64,000 nt of DNA from assembly GCA_963514005.1 (NCBI GenBank), contig OY740783.1, forward strand, positions 23,002,001 through 23,066,000, in the 5' to 3' direction. Each line of letters opens with the position of its first letter. Within the stretch, counting starts at the first letter, position 1. This document shows positions 26,613-39,340 of this stretch, one piece after another. This DNA is from Raja brachyura (taxonomy: Eukaryota). The notes under the pieces were generated by a model, which saw only the letters and a program-made list of their open reading frames with translations, was not told where the DNA came from and ran no database searches. A program made the position numbers and the translations under genes.

Positions 26613-27932
26613 CAAATAAAGGGATACAATTTTAAAGAAAAATCTGAATTTTGGATTAACCGCTGTTTTTAAAAAAGTGCTATTCAGTTTACAGCAAGTG
26701 TATTTTATATTATATCCCTGCAACTTTATTTTAAAGTAGATAGACACAAAAAGCTGGAGTAACAGCGGGTCAGGCTGTTCTTCGGATCTCGAATTGAGAC
26801 CCTTCTTCAGATCTATTTAAAAGCATATTGAGTAAGTTTTAATTTTCTGAAAAGTTAGTAGTTTATTTATTGCTATTCGTTAGTAGTTTATTTAGGAGAT
26901 GCCGCTGTGAACTATTTGCTAATTGAGCGCTCACTTTAGTATAGATATAGAATATAAGAGAGACGTGATGTTCATTTTATTCATGAGAACCCCTGTGGTA
27001 GACAGCCCCTGGCATCAGCCCCACTGGGGTATGTTTAATCCCCCACTGTAAACAGACTTAAAAATGAATGAACGTTTTGCACAATGGGTTGTCAAATGAG
27101 CCAAGGGTAGTGGTAGTGCACAGAAGGCCTCAAACTTTAATTGAAGCATGAAACAAAAACCTTCGCTCTTCCCCAGCATCTCAGGACCAACACAAAGAAT
27201 TTCCCCCAAGGAAAAGCTGTGACAATTAAATATTAATCAACAGGTTAATCAGCCACTCTAAATGATCCTGTTCGTGACTTACTTTTTTTATAGTGTTTTA
27301 TTCATAGTTTGTAGTTGATGCTAATCAACCCTTTGTCTCATGCAATGTGTGTGTTTAAATACATTAAGCAATGTAGGTTCATTACTGGCATCATGACAAT
27401 GAACAATTCAGTTGAACAGGATGCACTTTATCTGTTTATTTATGCGTATATATATGGTCTATGGTATGTAGACACACTGATCTGTTCTGTATTATGCCTA
27501 CAATATTCTGTTGTTCTGCAGCAAGCAAGAATTTCATTGGGATTTCAAGAATTCTGGGACACATGACAATAAACTCTCTTGACTTGAAATTGAAAAATCA
27601 TTAACATATGTTAAAGGGGGCCTTGCACCCACCCCAACCCCCACCCTTGTTTATCTTTCCGATGTTTTGAATTTTAGATCTTGGGGATTCAATAGTTGGC
27701 TATTCTGACTGGTATACATTGTAACAGGTCTTTTGAAATTGGCAGCCCTTCAACACATAATTTTCAATAGTTATCTGTAATCCATTTGGGCAAACGAAGC
27801 AAGGCCTTTATAGAGCCAAATCAATCTTGGCTGTCAGCAGATAGCGCAGTCTTTTAACAGGACCAGATTGTTTTAATGTGTTTTATAAACAATCGATTTA
27901 CTATTCTGTTTGGAAGTGGTAGATCCTTTTTA

Positions 27933-28083
27933 GGGGCGACGTTTCGGGTAGTCTGAAGAAGGGTCTTGACCCGAAACTTCACCCATTCCTTCTCTCCAGA
28001 GATGCTGCCTGTCCCCGCTGAGTTACTCCAGCATTTTGTGTCTATCTTCGGTTTAAACAACATCTGCAGTTCCTTCCTACACT
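27933..28083 (+). mobile_element. Penelope-derived short element
   Basis: CTGAAGAAGGGTCTTGACCCGAAAC...gcagttccttcctacac. Confidence 0.7.
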
Positions 28084-28629
28084 GTTTATGTGGAGGATTG
28101 TTGTCAGTCCTGCAACAATGGCCACATCCATATTCTGTCCCACCCTCTATAAACCAGCATTGTGGTAAAAGTAGAAACAACTTTGAGTGTCATTCAAGTA
28201 GCTTTGATATTGATAAAGTTGTGCTTTTTATGGGTTACATAAACCCAGGGACCAATGAGTTCTTTGAACCATTCTTGCCTTTCCATGAGAATGTAGCTGA
28301 CCATTTATTAAATTGTATATGACTGTCTACCCCTATATTCTTTCACTCTCAGAGCTGCCAAGTTTTGTCAGAGCATTTCAGTATTCTAGTACCTGAAAAT
28401 CAGTATTTTGCTGACGAAATCAGTATTTTTACATGGTGCCATTTTGCTGTTTTTAAAAAAATTATCTATGTGCAGTCATACCCATACAAGAATGCCTATC
28501 TTTGCTACCAATTGACATGTCTTCTATGCACCTTACTTGACAGTGCATTCATTGCTTTGTCTTTGCGTACTGCTGTTTGAATGGCTGCTTCCTGCTTTTA
28601 GCACCAGATGATGATGTAGAAGCCATTTT

Positions 28630-28811
28630 NNNNNNNNNNNNNNNNNNNNNNNNNNNNNNNNNNNNNNNNNNNNNNNNNNNNNNNNNNNNNNNNNNNNNNN
28701 NNNNNNNNNNNNNNNNNNNNNNNNNNNNNNNNNNNNNNNNNNNNNNNNNNNNNNNNNNNNNNNNNNNNNNNNNNNNNNNNNNNNNNNNNNNNNNNNNNNN
28801 NNNNNNNNNNN
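28630..28811. other. Assembly gap (182 N)
   Basis: Run of n, followed by a CT-rich low-complexity tract. Confidence 0.99.
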
Positions 28812-28975
28812 CCTTTCCTTCCCACCCTCCCTCTCTCTTCCTCCCTCTATCCTCCTTCCTTTTTGTCTCCCACCCTCTCTTAATCCTTCCCCACCTCTCT
28901 CCCTCTCTCCCTCCCTCTCTCTCCCTCCCTCATTCTCCCGCTCGCCCTCCCCTCTTCACCCTCTCCCTCTCTCTG
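28812..28975. repeat. CT-rich low-complexity (polypyrimidine) tract
   Basis: Almost exclusively C and T. Confidence 0.9.
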
Positions 28976-29413
28976 TAAAGCTGTATAACACTGTGTTTAG
29001 TTTCTCGTACACAAACTGTTTTCTGAACTATCCTAGAACATGATTTATTATGTAAGGACGTTTTATTTTCCCACAGAAAAGCATGATAATTAGAGACAGG
29101 ATTTTGCCATAAATACCATGTGCTTTTTTGTCTCTTTTGATGATTTCACCAGGATAATGCCTCTTTCATGATCGAGGCTAAATCAGCCCTTTTTTCCTTT
29201 TTGCTAAAAGGTCGTGTTATTTTCTCTAGTTGTACCATGATTACAATGACATTTTCTATGTTAACACGTTAATATTATGTTATTATTAACGTGTTAACAT
29301 AGTATAACTTACAATAAAACTTCCACCACCGGGGCGAAACCGACGGCGCCACCGTCAGTCATTCATTCGTTTGCGCCGCTGCCCGTTGGTTCAGTCTTCT
29401 CCAAGATCTATTT

Positions 29414-29706
29414 AAGAAAGAACTGCAGATGCTGGAAAAATCGAAGGTAGACGAAAAATGTAGAGAAACTCAGCGGGTGAGGCAGAATCTATGGAGAGAA
29501 GGAATAGGCGACATTTCGGGTCGAGACCCTTATTCAGACCGATGTGGGGGGGGGGGGGGGGGGGGGGGGGCGGGAAAAAGAAAGGAAGAGGCGACGACAG
29601 TAGGAGAGCTGGGAAGGGGGAGGGGAGGAGGGAGAAGACAAGGGCTGTCTAAGATTAAAGGTCAATGTTGATACCGCTGGGGTGTAGACTACCTAAGCAA
29701 AATACC
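29414..29706 (-). mobile_element. Penelope-like element 3' fragment nested in hAT copy 1
   Basis: Reverse complement of the 35540-35825 insert; includes a degenerate hammerhead motif at ~29510-29540. Confidence 0.75.
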
Positions 29707-30990
29707 CAAGCTTGTCTGCTCACTACATTTACTGCTGGCTCCAGTCGCAAATCGAGTTTTCAAGTGATCTGTGCAAGGCATTCATTGATGCTGGAATTCC
29801 ACTGTGTAAATTGGAAAACACACTTCTCAGAGGTTTTGCAGAGAAATACGCAGAGGAACATATACCAAGCGAGTCATCATTATGGAAACATTATGTTGAC
29901 AGCAATTTCAACATTGTTGTGCAGAAAATTAGAGATATATAGAAAATATATAGATATATAGAGAAATATGGATCTATATAGAGATATAGAAATATGGAGA
30001 AAAAGACGAGACAACCGATGCTGTGGGGCGTTATGTTGCCAATGTGGTCATCGGTACACTGGAGGCAGGTCAACCATCAAAGGAGCATTTGTTGACATCG
30101 GAAGTATTGGAGAAGTCAAATAGCTCAACTATTGCTCAGTTGTTTACATCTTCACTTGCTGTACTTTGGCCAGAAGATATAAAACACGAGAATGTTCTTC
30201 TGTTTGTGACTTCAAGTTTTATTCCCCAAAATGTTGCATTTGACATGCTTAGCTCATGGACTTCATAGAATTGCCAAGCACATACGTAGCTTGTTTCCAA
30301 ATGTCGATCGCCTAGTTTCCAATGTAAAGAAAATCTTCCTGAAAGCACTGTCACGTGTGCAGTTGTTCAAGGAAATGGCACCTAAGATTCCGCTACCTCC
30401 TCAGACCATTTTGACTAGGTGGGGTACATGGCTTTCTGCTGTACTCTACTATGCTGCAAAATTTGAAATGATAAAATAAATTGTCAACTGTTTTGAAGAA
30501 GAAGAATAATCTGTTGCAGTCAGGAACGTCAGTGAAATCATGCAGTAAAAGACCCTCCACCGCGATCTTGTGTTTATTGCTTCTAATTTTGCAAACTTCC
30601 CACAAGCTGTCACTCCCTTTGAGAAACATGGTGAAACATTAGTGAATAACTTGCGGGTTTTCAACAAAGTAATTGACGATATTCGTAAAGTTCTTGGCGA
30701 TGTAAATAAAGACATACAAGGGAAATGTGAGATTTTAGTGATTTTAGCTAACAAAGATCTTGAAGAAATAGAAAACATAGCTAAAGTTCTCAAAGGTATC
30801 TGTAATGCACAAGATATTGACATGAATATAGAGTCTGTAGCTTGTTACAGGTATGCCCCAGTGACCTCAGTTGAGGTAGACAGAAGTTTTTCACAACTGA
30901 AGCATATTCTGTCTGACTGACGGCATAGTTTAACACCAGATAATTTGAAATAAATGCTAGTAATTATGTGCAACCAGGCAACTTTGGTCA
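29700..30990 (+). pseudogene. Fragmented hAT transposase of copy 1
   Basis: ORF fragments 29712-29942, 30023-30268, 30231-30479 and 30570-30920 lie in different frames, separated by stops and frameshifts. Confidence 0.88.
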
Positions 30991-32613
30991 TTTAATGTAG
31001 TATACCTTGATATCCTCATTTTTAATCATATTTTGGTGGTGGAAATAAATGCCCTTTTATGCCTTTTTTTGTAAATAAATGCCTTTTCGCGCCTTTTTTG
31101 TAATTTTATTATGCCTTTTTGCCTGCCTATTTCAGAGTTTTTTAGTACCTAAACATCCTGGCTCTAATGATAATAAATCAATGCATTGAACTGGACACAG
31201 TTAGCAATTACAAGGAAAGAGCAGGAAAAGCGTATGATCCTGTCCAGTATGATTCAACACAGTTGTTGCCCCTTAATCAGTTCTCAGGAAATCAAAACAA
31301 ATGTCAAGCGAGTTCAATGTTTGCTATTACCAAAAAGCTTTTATGACTTGATTTTCAACATTTTTATAATTTCACTGGTTTATTTGCACGATCTATACCT
31401 GTTGCTTCAAAGGAACCTTATCCTTAAAATATATCAGTCTAATTGAGAGGTGTGTGTTATATTGCCTCTATACTGTCATTGAACAATGAAAAGCAGGCTT
31501 GAATCAGGATCAGACTAACATGATGAAAGTCTCTTTTCTTCAGTGCGCTAAGTGAATAATTGCATTTCACTTGTCTTGTTCCCAGTTCCCGTGCATTGGA
31601 ATGCAGAGTAAAATAGCCACCAACAACAACAAAAAAGCCCGGCAGTCCTAGTCAAGTACTCAGTCAAGAAGTAACTGAATTGGTGGAGCTCCTTATTTAA
31701 GAACAGTGAGAGAAACCTTCCCAAAAATCTGGCAGTGTTCATGCCTGTAGGTGACTTCCTTTTCAATGCATGAAGGTTGCCCTTCTGTAAATCAAAACAC
31801 TTCTGTCTCAGCACCTTTCAGTAGTACTGTGGCTGGTTCCTACCCCCACTTGACTTTCAAAGGCAAGGGTCTGTCGGGTAGCGACTGCCACTGAGCAGCG
31901 ATGTATCTTTGCCTCCAATGGCATCAATGTTGACATATATGAGATGCTAAATGTGATTTAGGTTGAGTATTCTTGAACGAAGCTGGATATTTATGGTCAC
32001 TACAAGTGCCCTGTAAATAGTACTGTGGCTTTATATAGGAGATCGACGTCAATGTGCAAGTTTTGTTTCCACTGTAGTATCTTGAAAGGCAACTTCCCAC
32101 TATCCTAAATTATTTCCAGAAAAACTCATAAATTTGATAGGGGAAAGCCCAGGGGTAGTTGGTTATCACGAACAGGATTAAGTTCCATTGAAAACAGTAG
32201 GTCTTCTCTGCTGAATTAATCAGCAGAGGGAATTGCTCTTGTCTATAATTACACTTGATGAATTGGGAGGAATAATATGTATTTTGATAGTTTAATGATG
32301 ATGGTGTAGCTGTTGGATTGCTAGCATTAAATTATTGAGATTTCCATTCATGTATGGCATTATACAGAAATCACGGCCTCCTCGGGGATTGATGCTCCTC
32401 CACTGGTCTTTATCCAGTGCAATGAAGGAGAGACAATGAATTAACCAAAGGTTGATATTACAAACTATTCTTTCAGTAAAATACCACAAACGTTACACTT
32501 TGGTTTGTGCGACTATCTAGGTTTGTTGCACAGGGAATGATCTTGGATTAAACAAACAAATTCATGCGCCAAGATATAAATCTCCTCAAATAAGTATTTA
32601 AAAATAAGAATGA

Positions 32614-32660
32614 TTATTTTATATCTTAAAATATTTATTTTATATCTTAAAATATTTATT
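32614..32660. repeat. 21-bp tandem duplication
   Basis: TTATTTTATATCTTAAAATAT twice, plus a partial copy. Confidence 0.85.
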
Positions 32661-32774
32661 TGTAACATTTTAGTATCTGCCTTGCCTTAATTCATTCCTT
32701 CCTGCTTAGTCACCTGGGAGAATGTTTCATGGCAAGTGCTTCAAGATGAACTTCTTATTGCTTTGTGGGCTTCT

Positions 32775-33366
32775 CACTGGTGCAGCGGTAGAGTTGCTGT
32801 CTTACAGTGTCGGAGACCCGAGTTCAATCCTGACAAAAGGTGCTTTCTGTATGGAGTTTGTATGTTCTCCTTGTGACCGTATGTGTTTTCTTCAGGTGCT
32901 GTAGATTCCTCCCACATTCTAAAGATGTGCCAGATCGTAGGTTAATAGCTTCTGTAAATTATCTTGAGTCTAGGAATATAGTCTAACGGGCTGTACGCGA
33001 TTTTTTTCTGCAATGTGCCGGCACCCGCGACGCCTGTATGGTCGTGAGTAATCGCCTAAAGAGTCGTACCTTTTTCTGGTCACCGTTGGATTTTCAACAT
33101 TTCAAAATTTTCGGCGACCTGCTGCGACTATGACGGGTGCTGGCAAGTCGCCAGAAAAACCACGTAAGTGGCGAGGCAAGTGGTACAGGCCCTTAAATTG
33201 TTCCGCAGAGTTACTCTGTCTTCTATGTGTCCATCTTTATGAAAACCAGCATCTGCAGTTCCTTCTTACACTATAGGATAGAACTAATGTATAGGGATCA
33301 TTGGTCTGTGCGGACTCGGTTGAGATCCTGTTTCCATGCTGTCTCTAAAACTAAAAACTAAACTAA
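32775..33366 (+). mobile_element. tRNA-derived SINE with nested TIR element and Penelope-derived fragment
   Basis: ggtgcagcggtagagttgc, gagttcaatcctgac; tail ctaaaactaaaactaaact. Confidence 0.7.
32986..33194. mobile_element. Related short TIR element, left terminus degraded
   Basis: Ends aagtggtacaggccctt; shares ttttcgg(c/t)gacctg and agtcgcc with 43499-43691. Confidence 0.55.
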
Positions 33367-34269
33367 ATCCAAACATTCTTGGAGAATGTAGCCTGAGAAC
33401 AATTAGACATTATTTGAGTACCATGTTTGTTAATTTTGGACCACGGATAGAATCACAGTCTCTCCTTGACTTTCTTCTTCTTCTTCTTTCCTGTGGCTTG
33501 CACAACCTAAAGTTGTAGGACAACGTGTTCTATTTGATCTTTTGTTTGTGCACATCGAGTTGATTTCATTAGTCGAAACAGGGCAGATCACGTGAAGGTT
33601 GCAATCTTCCACCCCTCTCCTTGACTTTAAGCAGCATTTCACCCATTGTGCCATCAAGGAGCACTGGTAAAACTGAAGCCACATGGGCATCATGCTCTGT
33701 ACTATCTTATCCTCGCATTAAGGCAATTTAAGTAATGGAAAATCATCAATCACGACAAAGAAATTGAGTGAGATCCGAAATAAAATTCATTGTCATGCAA
33801 TGTATATGAAATAAGTAAATTAAGTAACACTTTTTTCAACTCACCTTTTGTTGATACGTGCTCAAATGTCGTGGCTTTGCATTATGGAAAGTCACGATAA
33901 AGACTATTCATTCCCTGTTAATGTAGGAGTCGTCTGTACACATGCGCTTTTTGTAAAAAAAGACTGCATGTTTGTTGGGAAGTTACAAAACTGTAGAAAT
34001 TTTCAAATTATAGCCCTCTGTCAGTATCTTCCAATACCAATTTAATTTCAAGGAAACAATTTGAAAGAAAGCAATTGCTTTCATTGGTTATAAGTGGAGC
34101 CAGGATGTTTACGTGCTAAAAAAACTCTGAAATTGGCAGGCAAAAAGGCATAATAAAATTACAGAAAAGACATGAAAAAGGCATTTATTGTCAAAAAAAG
34201 GCATAGAAAGGCAAGTATTTCCACCACCAAAATATGGTTAAAAATGATAATTTAAAGGATTCTACATTA

Positions 34270-35540
34270 AATAACCAAAGTTGCCTCATTGCACATAATT
34301 ACTAGCATTTTTTTTTCAAATTATCAGGTGTTAAACTATGCTGTCCATCAGACAGAATATGCTTCAGTTGTGAAAAATGTCTTTCTACCTCAGCTGAGGT
34401 CACTGGTGCATACCCGAAACAAGCTACTTCACTATATTCATGTCGATATCTTGTGCATTACAACTACCTTTGAGAACTTTAGCTATGTTTTGTATTTCTT
34501 CAAGACCTTTGTTAGCTAAAATCACTCTCACATCTTCCTTGTATATCTTTACCTACATCGCCAGGTATTTTACGGATATCATCAGTTACTTTGTTGAAAA
34601 CCTGCAAGTTATTTACTAATGTTTCGCCACGTTTCTCAAGGGAAGTGATAGCTTGTGGGAAGTTTGCAAAATTGGAAGCAAATAAACACAAGGGAATTTT
34701 TCTGCATGATTTCACTGACGATCCTGATTGCAGCAGATTCTTCTTCTTCAAAATAGTTGACGATTTATTTTATTTTTTCAAAATTTGCAGCATAGTAGAG
34801 TACAGCAGAGAGCCATGTACCCCACCTAGTCAAAATAGGCTGAGGAGGTAACGGAATCTCGGGTGCTATTTCCTTGAACAACTGCACAATGGTGCTTTGA
34901 GGAAGATTTTCTTGACATTGGAAACTAGGCGATCGACATTTGGAAACAAGCTATGTATGTGCTTGGCAATTCTATGAAGTCCTTGACCTATGCCTATCAA
35001 ATGCAACATTTTGGGGAATAAAACTTCAAGAGCACGAGCAGCTTTATTCATGTACAGAGCTGCATCAGTCACAAACGGAAGAACATTCTCTTGTTTTATA
35101 CCTTCTGGCCAAAGTATAGCAAGTGAAGATGTAAACAACTGAGCAATAGTTGAGCTGTTTGACTTCCCCAATACTTCTGGTGTCAACAAATATTCCTTTG
35201 ATGGTTGATCTGCCTCCAGTGTACCAATTACCACATTGGCAACATATCTCCCCACAGCATCGGTTGTCTCATCTATTGAGATCCATATTTTGTTGCATGC
35301 AACTTCATCTCTAATTTTTTGCACAACAACGTTGAAGTTTCTATCAACATAATTTTTCCATAATGATGACTCGCTTGGTATATGTTCCTCTGTGTCTTTC
35401 CCTAAAAAACCTCTGAGAGGTTTGTTTTCTAATTTCCACAGTGGATTTCCAGCATCAATAAATGCTTTGCACAGATCACTCGAAAACTCAGATCTGCGAC
35501 TGGAGCCAGCAGTAAATGTAGTGAGGAGACAAGCTTAGGT
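34270..35540 (-). pseudogene. Fragmented hAT transposase of copy 2
   Basis: ORF fragments 34866-35324 and 34512-34751 contain the DETTD and TDAA motifs and FASNFANFPQAITSLEKRG; stops and frameshifts present. Confidence 0.88.
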
Positions 35541-35825
35541 ATTTCGCTGGGTAGTCTACACCCCAGCGGTACCAACATTGACTTTTCTAATTTTAGGTGG
35601 CCCTTTTTTCTCCATCCTCCCCCTCACCCTTCTCAGCTCTCCTTCTAGTCCTACTGTCTCCACCTCTTCAATGTTTCCCCCCCCCCCCCCACATCATCTG
35701 AAAAAGGACCTCGGCCTCGAAACGCCGCCTATTCCTTCTCTCCATAGATGCTGCCTCACCCGCTGAGTTTCTCCAGCATTATTTGTCTATCTTCGATTTT
35801 TCCAGCATCTTCAGTTCTTTCTTTA
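35540..35825 (+). mobile_element. Penelope-like element 3' fragment nested in hAT copy 2
   Basis: Encodes GSLHPSGTNIDFSNFR, resembling the C-terminus of Penelope GIY-YIG ORFs. A C-rich tract and a CTGAAAAAGG...CGAAACGCC motif follow. Confidence 0.75.
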
Positions 35826-36554
35826 ATAGATCTTGGAGAAGGCTGAACCAGCGGGCAGCGGCACAAACGAATGAATGATCGACCGTGGCGCCCCCGGTTT
35901 TGCCCCTGTGATGGAAGTTTTCTTGTAAGATACTATGTTAACACGTTAATAATAACTTATTAATATTAACGTGTTAACATAGAAAACATTGTTTTACGGT
36001 ACAATTAGAGAAAATAGCAAGACCTTTTAGCAAAACGGCAAAAAAAGACCGATTTAGGCATTCAGTCGTGAAAAAGGCATTAACTTGGTGAATTCATCAA
36101 AAAAGGCACGAAAAAGCACATGGTATTTATGGGAAAATCCTGGCTCTAGTTGTAAGTAATCTGCTTACACTTTCCCAATAATTTTTTTAATTAATATTCT
36201 TAAATTGGTGATTCATAACAGAAATGATTTCAGGACAATGGCAAATATCCTTATTTGGTCCTGTGTGATTGACCTGTCGATGTCAGTATGTAATGAGTCG
36301 GACCCAATGCTATTTTATTCAAATCTCTGCACTGTCACCACTTGGTAATGACCACTGAAATAACACAAATTAGAAATTGCTCTCAACATTTCTCAGACTT
36401 TGGAGATAAAGGTTCTGGAGGTATAGCAGAGCATCTACTATGAAACCTCAATTCCATATATATATATATATATATAAGAGGAAAGACAGAGGGCAGGAGG
36501 GCTGTCAAGTCTTTGATAGTCAGTTTCATTCAAGTATTGCATATTCCCACAAAT

Positions 36555-37062
36555 TATAGTCATAAAGTCAGACAGCATGGAAACAGGCCCTTCCGCCTAA
36601 CTTGCCCACGCTGATGAACATACCCCATCAACACTAATCTCACCTACCTGCATTTTCTCACCACCGATTGTGTAAAAAAGTTGCCCCCAAGGTTCCTATT
36701 AAATCCCCCCCCCCCCCCCCCCCCCCCCCACCTTAAACCTATGTCCTTGGTTCTTGATTCCTCTTACTTAGTAAAAGATCTTCCTATCTATTCCTCCGAT
36801 GATCTCACACATCTCTATAAGATCATCCTTCATCCTCCTGTGCTTCAAGGAATAAAGTCTTAGTCTGCTCAACCTCTCCCTTTAGCTCAGGCCCTCCTCG
36901 TAAATCTCCTGGTAACATCATCGTAAACCTTCTCTGCATCCTTTGCTGCATAACAATATCTTTCCTATAACGGGATGACCAAAACTGAACACAATACTCT
37001 GAATGCGACCTCACCGGTGTCTTGTGCATCTGTAACATGACCTCCCAACTTCTCTACTCAAT
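36555..37062 (-). mobile_element. CR1-type LINE 3' fragment
   Basis: VRSHSEYCVQFWSSRYRKDIVMQQRMQRRFTMMLPG. Confidence 0.8.
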
Positions 37063-37989
37063 AGACACAAAAAGCTGGAGTAAAGCTAGCGGGACAGGCA
37101 GGATCTCTGGAGAGAACGAATGGGTGACATTTCGGGTCAAGATCCTTCTTCAGACTTTCTTCTATACTCAATACTCTTACTGACAATTATGTTAAAAGAT
37201 GAATGGTTGAGTTTTTATCCAGTTTTGTCAAAAAACAATGGCAGTGGTCTAAACACCAGGTTTTCTGAAACTAGCAAACTGAGTCCATCCACTGAAATGT
37301 CATGAAGAAGCATGGGTTAAAATTACTTTGAGCAATGAGATTTATTGACAGGTTAAGTCACCAGCCAGCCATTTCCTCCATCCAATTCAGAGCCTGAGGC
37401 ATTCAGGGAAGAGCTGATGTGATTATCTGTGGACTGAGAAACACACATTGAAGGTTTTTCTGATGTTAAGGCTTTGCAGTGTCCTGTTACAGAACAAACA
37501 TGTCTTTAATTTCTGTTTCAACGCATCTGCCATCGTAGGCTGCATGATTTTATTTTAGACTATACAGACATTGAAATGTAAAGCTAGGATTTTCAAGCAG
37601 ATTTCCATTATAACCCGCTTATGCATCATCAACTGCATTAGATTTTGCATTCCAGGTCATTTTACCTGTTGTGTATTTTTCTCTCCTTAGTAATTAAGAA
37701 TTTAAACCATTGACCCATATAAATGATTACATATGATTGAGGACCCCCTAGCATGGGAAAATGCAACTGGTTTTACAGTTTCGAGCAAGAGGCAGTAGGT
37801 GATACGCATTGCAATAGCTGTTGGTTCAGCCATTGAAACCACAGCAGGCCTTGGTCTTCCATGCACAGACATGTGTGGAGGTCCAAGATGTCAGCTGATG
37901 GATGGGGATGTGTCTTCCTGTTGTTGGACTGCACATGGAATCCAGCAGAGAGGGTCCTTTCTTGTTGGCATTATCCAGCAACATGTTTA

Positions 37990-38298
37990 ATTTAGTTTAG
38001 TTTACAGATACAGCGCAGAAACAGGCCCTTCGGCCCACGAAGTCCATGCCGACCAGCGATCCCTGCACACTAACAGTATCCTACACACACTAGTGTCAAT
38101 TTACAATTATACCAAGCCAATTAACCTACAAACCTGTACATCTCTGAAGCATGGGAGGAAACCGGAGCTCCCGGAGAATACCCATGCAGGTTACGGAGAG
38201 AACATACAAACTCCATAGAGACAGAACCCATAGTCAGTATCGAACCCGGGTCTCTGACGCTGCAAGGCAGCAACTCTACCGTTGCACACTGTGCCACA
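37990..38298 (-). mobile_element. tRNA-derived SINE
   Basis: tttagtttagttt tail, atcgaacccggg B box, gcaactctaccg A-box region. Confidence 0.82.
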
Positions 38299-39215
38299 AT
38301 GGGAACTTGTCAGTCAAATCCCATTCTAGGACCGACATGGCCAAGCATCTGAGATCTTATAGTTTTAATGGCCTTTCTGAGTGTGAGAAACTGGAAACGG
38401 TGGGAAATGTGATTTAAAAATATATATTTTGGTTGTTTTTTAAGAACTTCTAAGAATTTTATTTTTTAATTTATGTTTTATTTTCTACATGCTTAAATAC
38501 GTTTAATATCTTATGATTTCTATTATTGTTTCTTTCAATTTCAAAAACTGTTAAATGTCTCTTAACGTACCAACAATAATTAGAATAATTAAAATTCTTC
38601 TCAGCTTTTACAGGAGGTGAAGGTTTGCTCTCAGCATTTCTTTGTGTGACAGCCTTTGGGAGTGTTGCCAAAGAGGCCTGAGGCCTCTTCACTCTCCAGA
38701 CCCTGTCACCTAACTCAGGGCTGCATCAGTTGGCTTTCTACCAAGTGTGGTCCAGATAAATTTATAAGCATTGCTTCTTAGATTTAGATCATGCTTCAAA
38801 GTTTCTTATATTGTTTAAATATTCAATTCAAAGCTCCTTCTATTTATACAAAGCTCTCCCAGCAGATCAACTAGGACTTTCATTTTCATTTCTTTTTACC
38901 GTTGATTGTAAATGTTCAGACCCGTTCGGAGCAGCTGTTTTACACTTGGTCAGAAATTTCCACTGACTTATGATTATTGGCTTTGATCTGGATTTAAGTT
39001 AAAACAACATGCTTGCAATGTAATATGACATGGACACTAGCCTGGAATCGAACCAAGCAACACCCTAACCCCTCCTTCATTTATATCCTACTCCTAAACT
39101 TATTTTCCAATTCTCTTTTTTAATTGGCGTTACTTCCTTTCTGGTACACATTTTGAGTTAAAAAAAACTGTCCCATTTTGCTATTTACTTGTGATGAGTG
39201 GAACTCCGATCACTC

Positions 39216-39340
39216 TTATGTGTAGGAAGGAGCTACAGATGCTGGTTTAAACCGAAGAGTCTGAAGAAGGGTCTCAACCCGAAACGTCACCCATTCCTTC
39301 TCTCCAGAGATGCTGAGTTACTCTTGCATTTGGTGTCTAT
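39216..39340. mobile_element. Penelope-derived short element
   Basis: CTGAAGAAGGGTCTCAACCCGAAACGTCACC; TSD CTCCGATCACTC (39204-39215, 39341-39352). Confidence 0.72.

Larger units (their letters stand above)
29091..31166 (+). mobile_element. hAT DNA transposon (DUF659/CGGBP1-like transposase), defective, copy 1
   Basis: TIRs TAGAGACAGGAT (29091) and ATCCTGGCTCTA (ends 31166); perfect 8-bp TSD ATGATAAT (29083-29090 and 31167-31174). Broken transposase with [41 protein letters not shown] and VTSVEVDRSFS. GCCTTTT subterminal repeats. Confidence 0.93.
34095..36148 (-). mobile_element. hAT DNA transposon, defective, copy 2 (same family, opposite orientation)
   Basis: Termini TGGAGCCAGGAT (34095) and ATCCTGGCTCTA (ends 36148); TSD GTTATAAG/GTTGTAAG (7 of 8 match). 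Minus-strand ORF has IWISIDETTDAVGRYVANVVIGTL...FVTDAA. Colinear with copy 1. Confidence 0.93.

Noticed and set aside
28577-28978. ORFs spanning the N run
   Set aside because: Artefacts of the assembly gap and low-complexity sequence.
29700-35540. Possible domesticated CGGBP1-like gene
   Set aside because: Multiple stops and frameshifts with TIRs and TSDs still present indicate decayed transposons.
29091-36148. A single 7-kb composite transposon or inverted segmental duplication
   Set aside because: Each copy has its own distinct 8-bp TSD, and the outermost flanks do not match.
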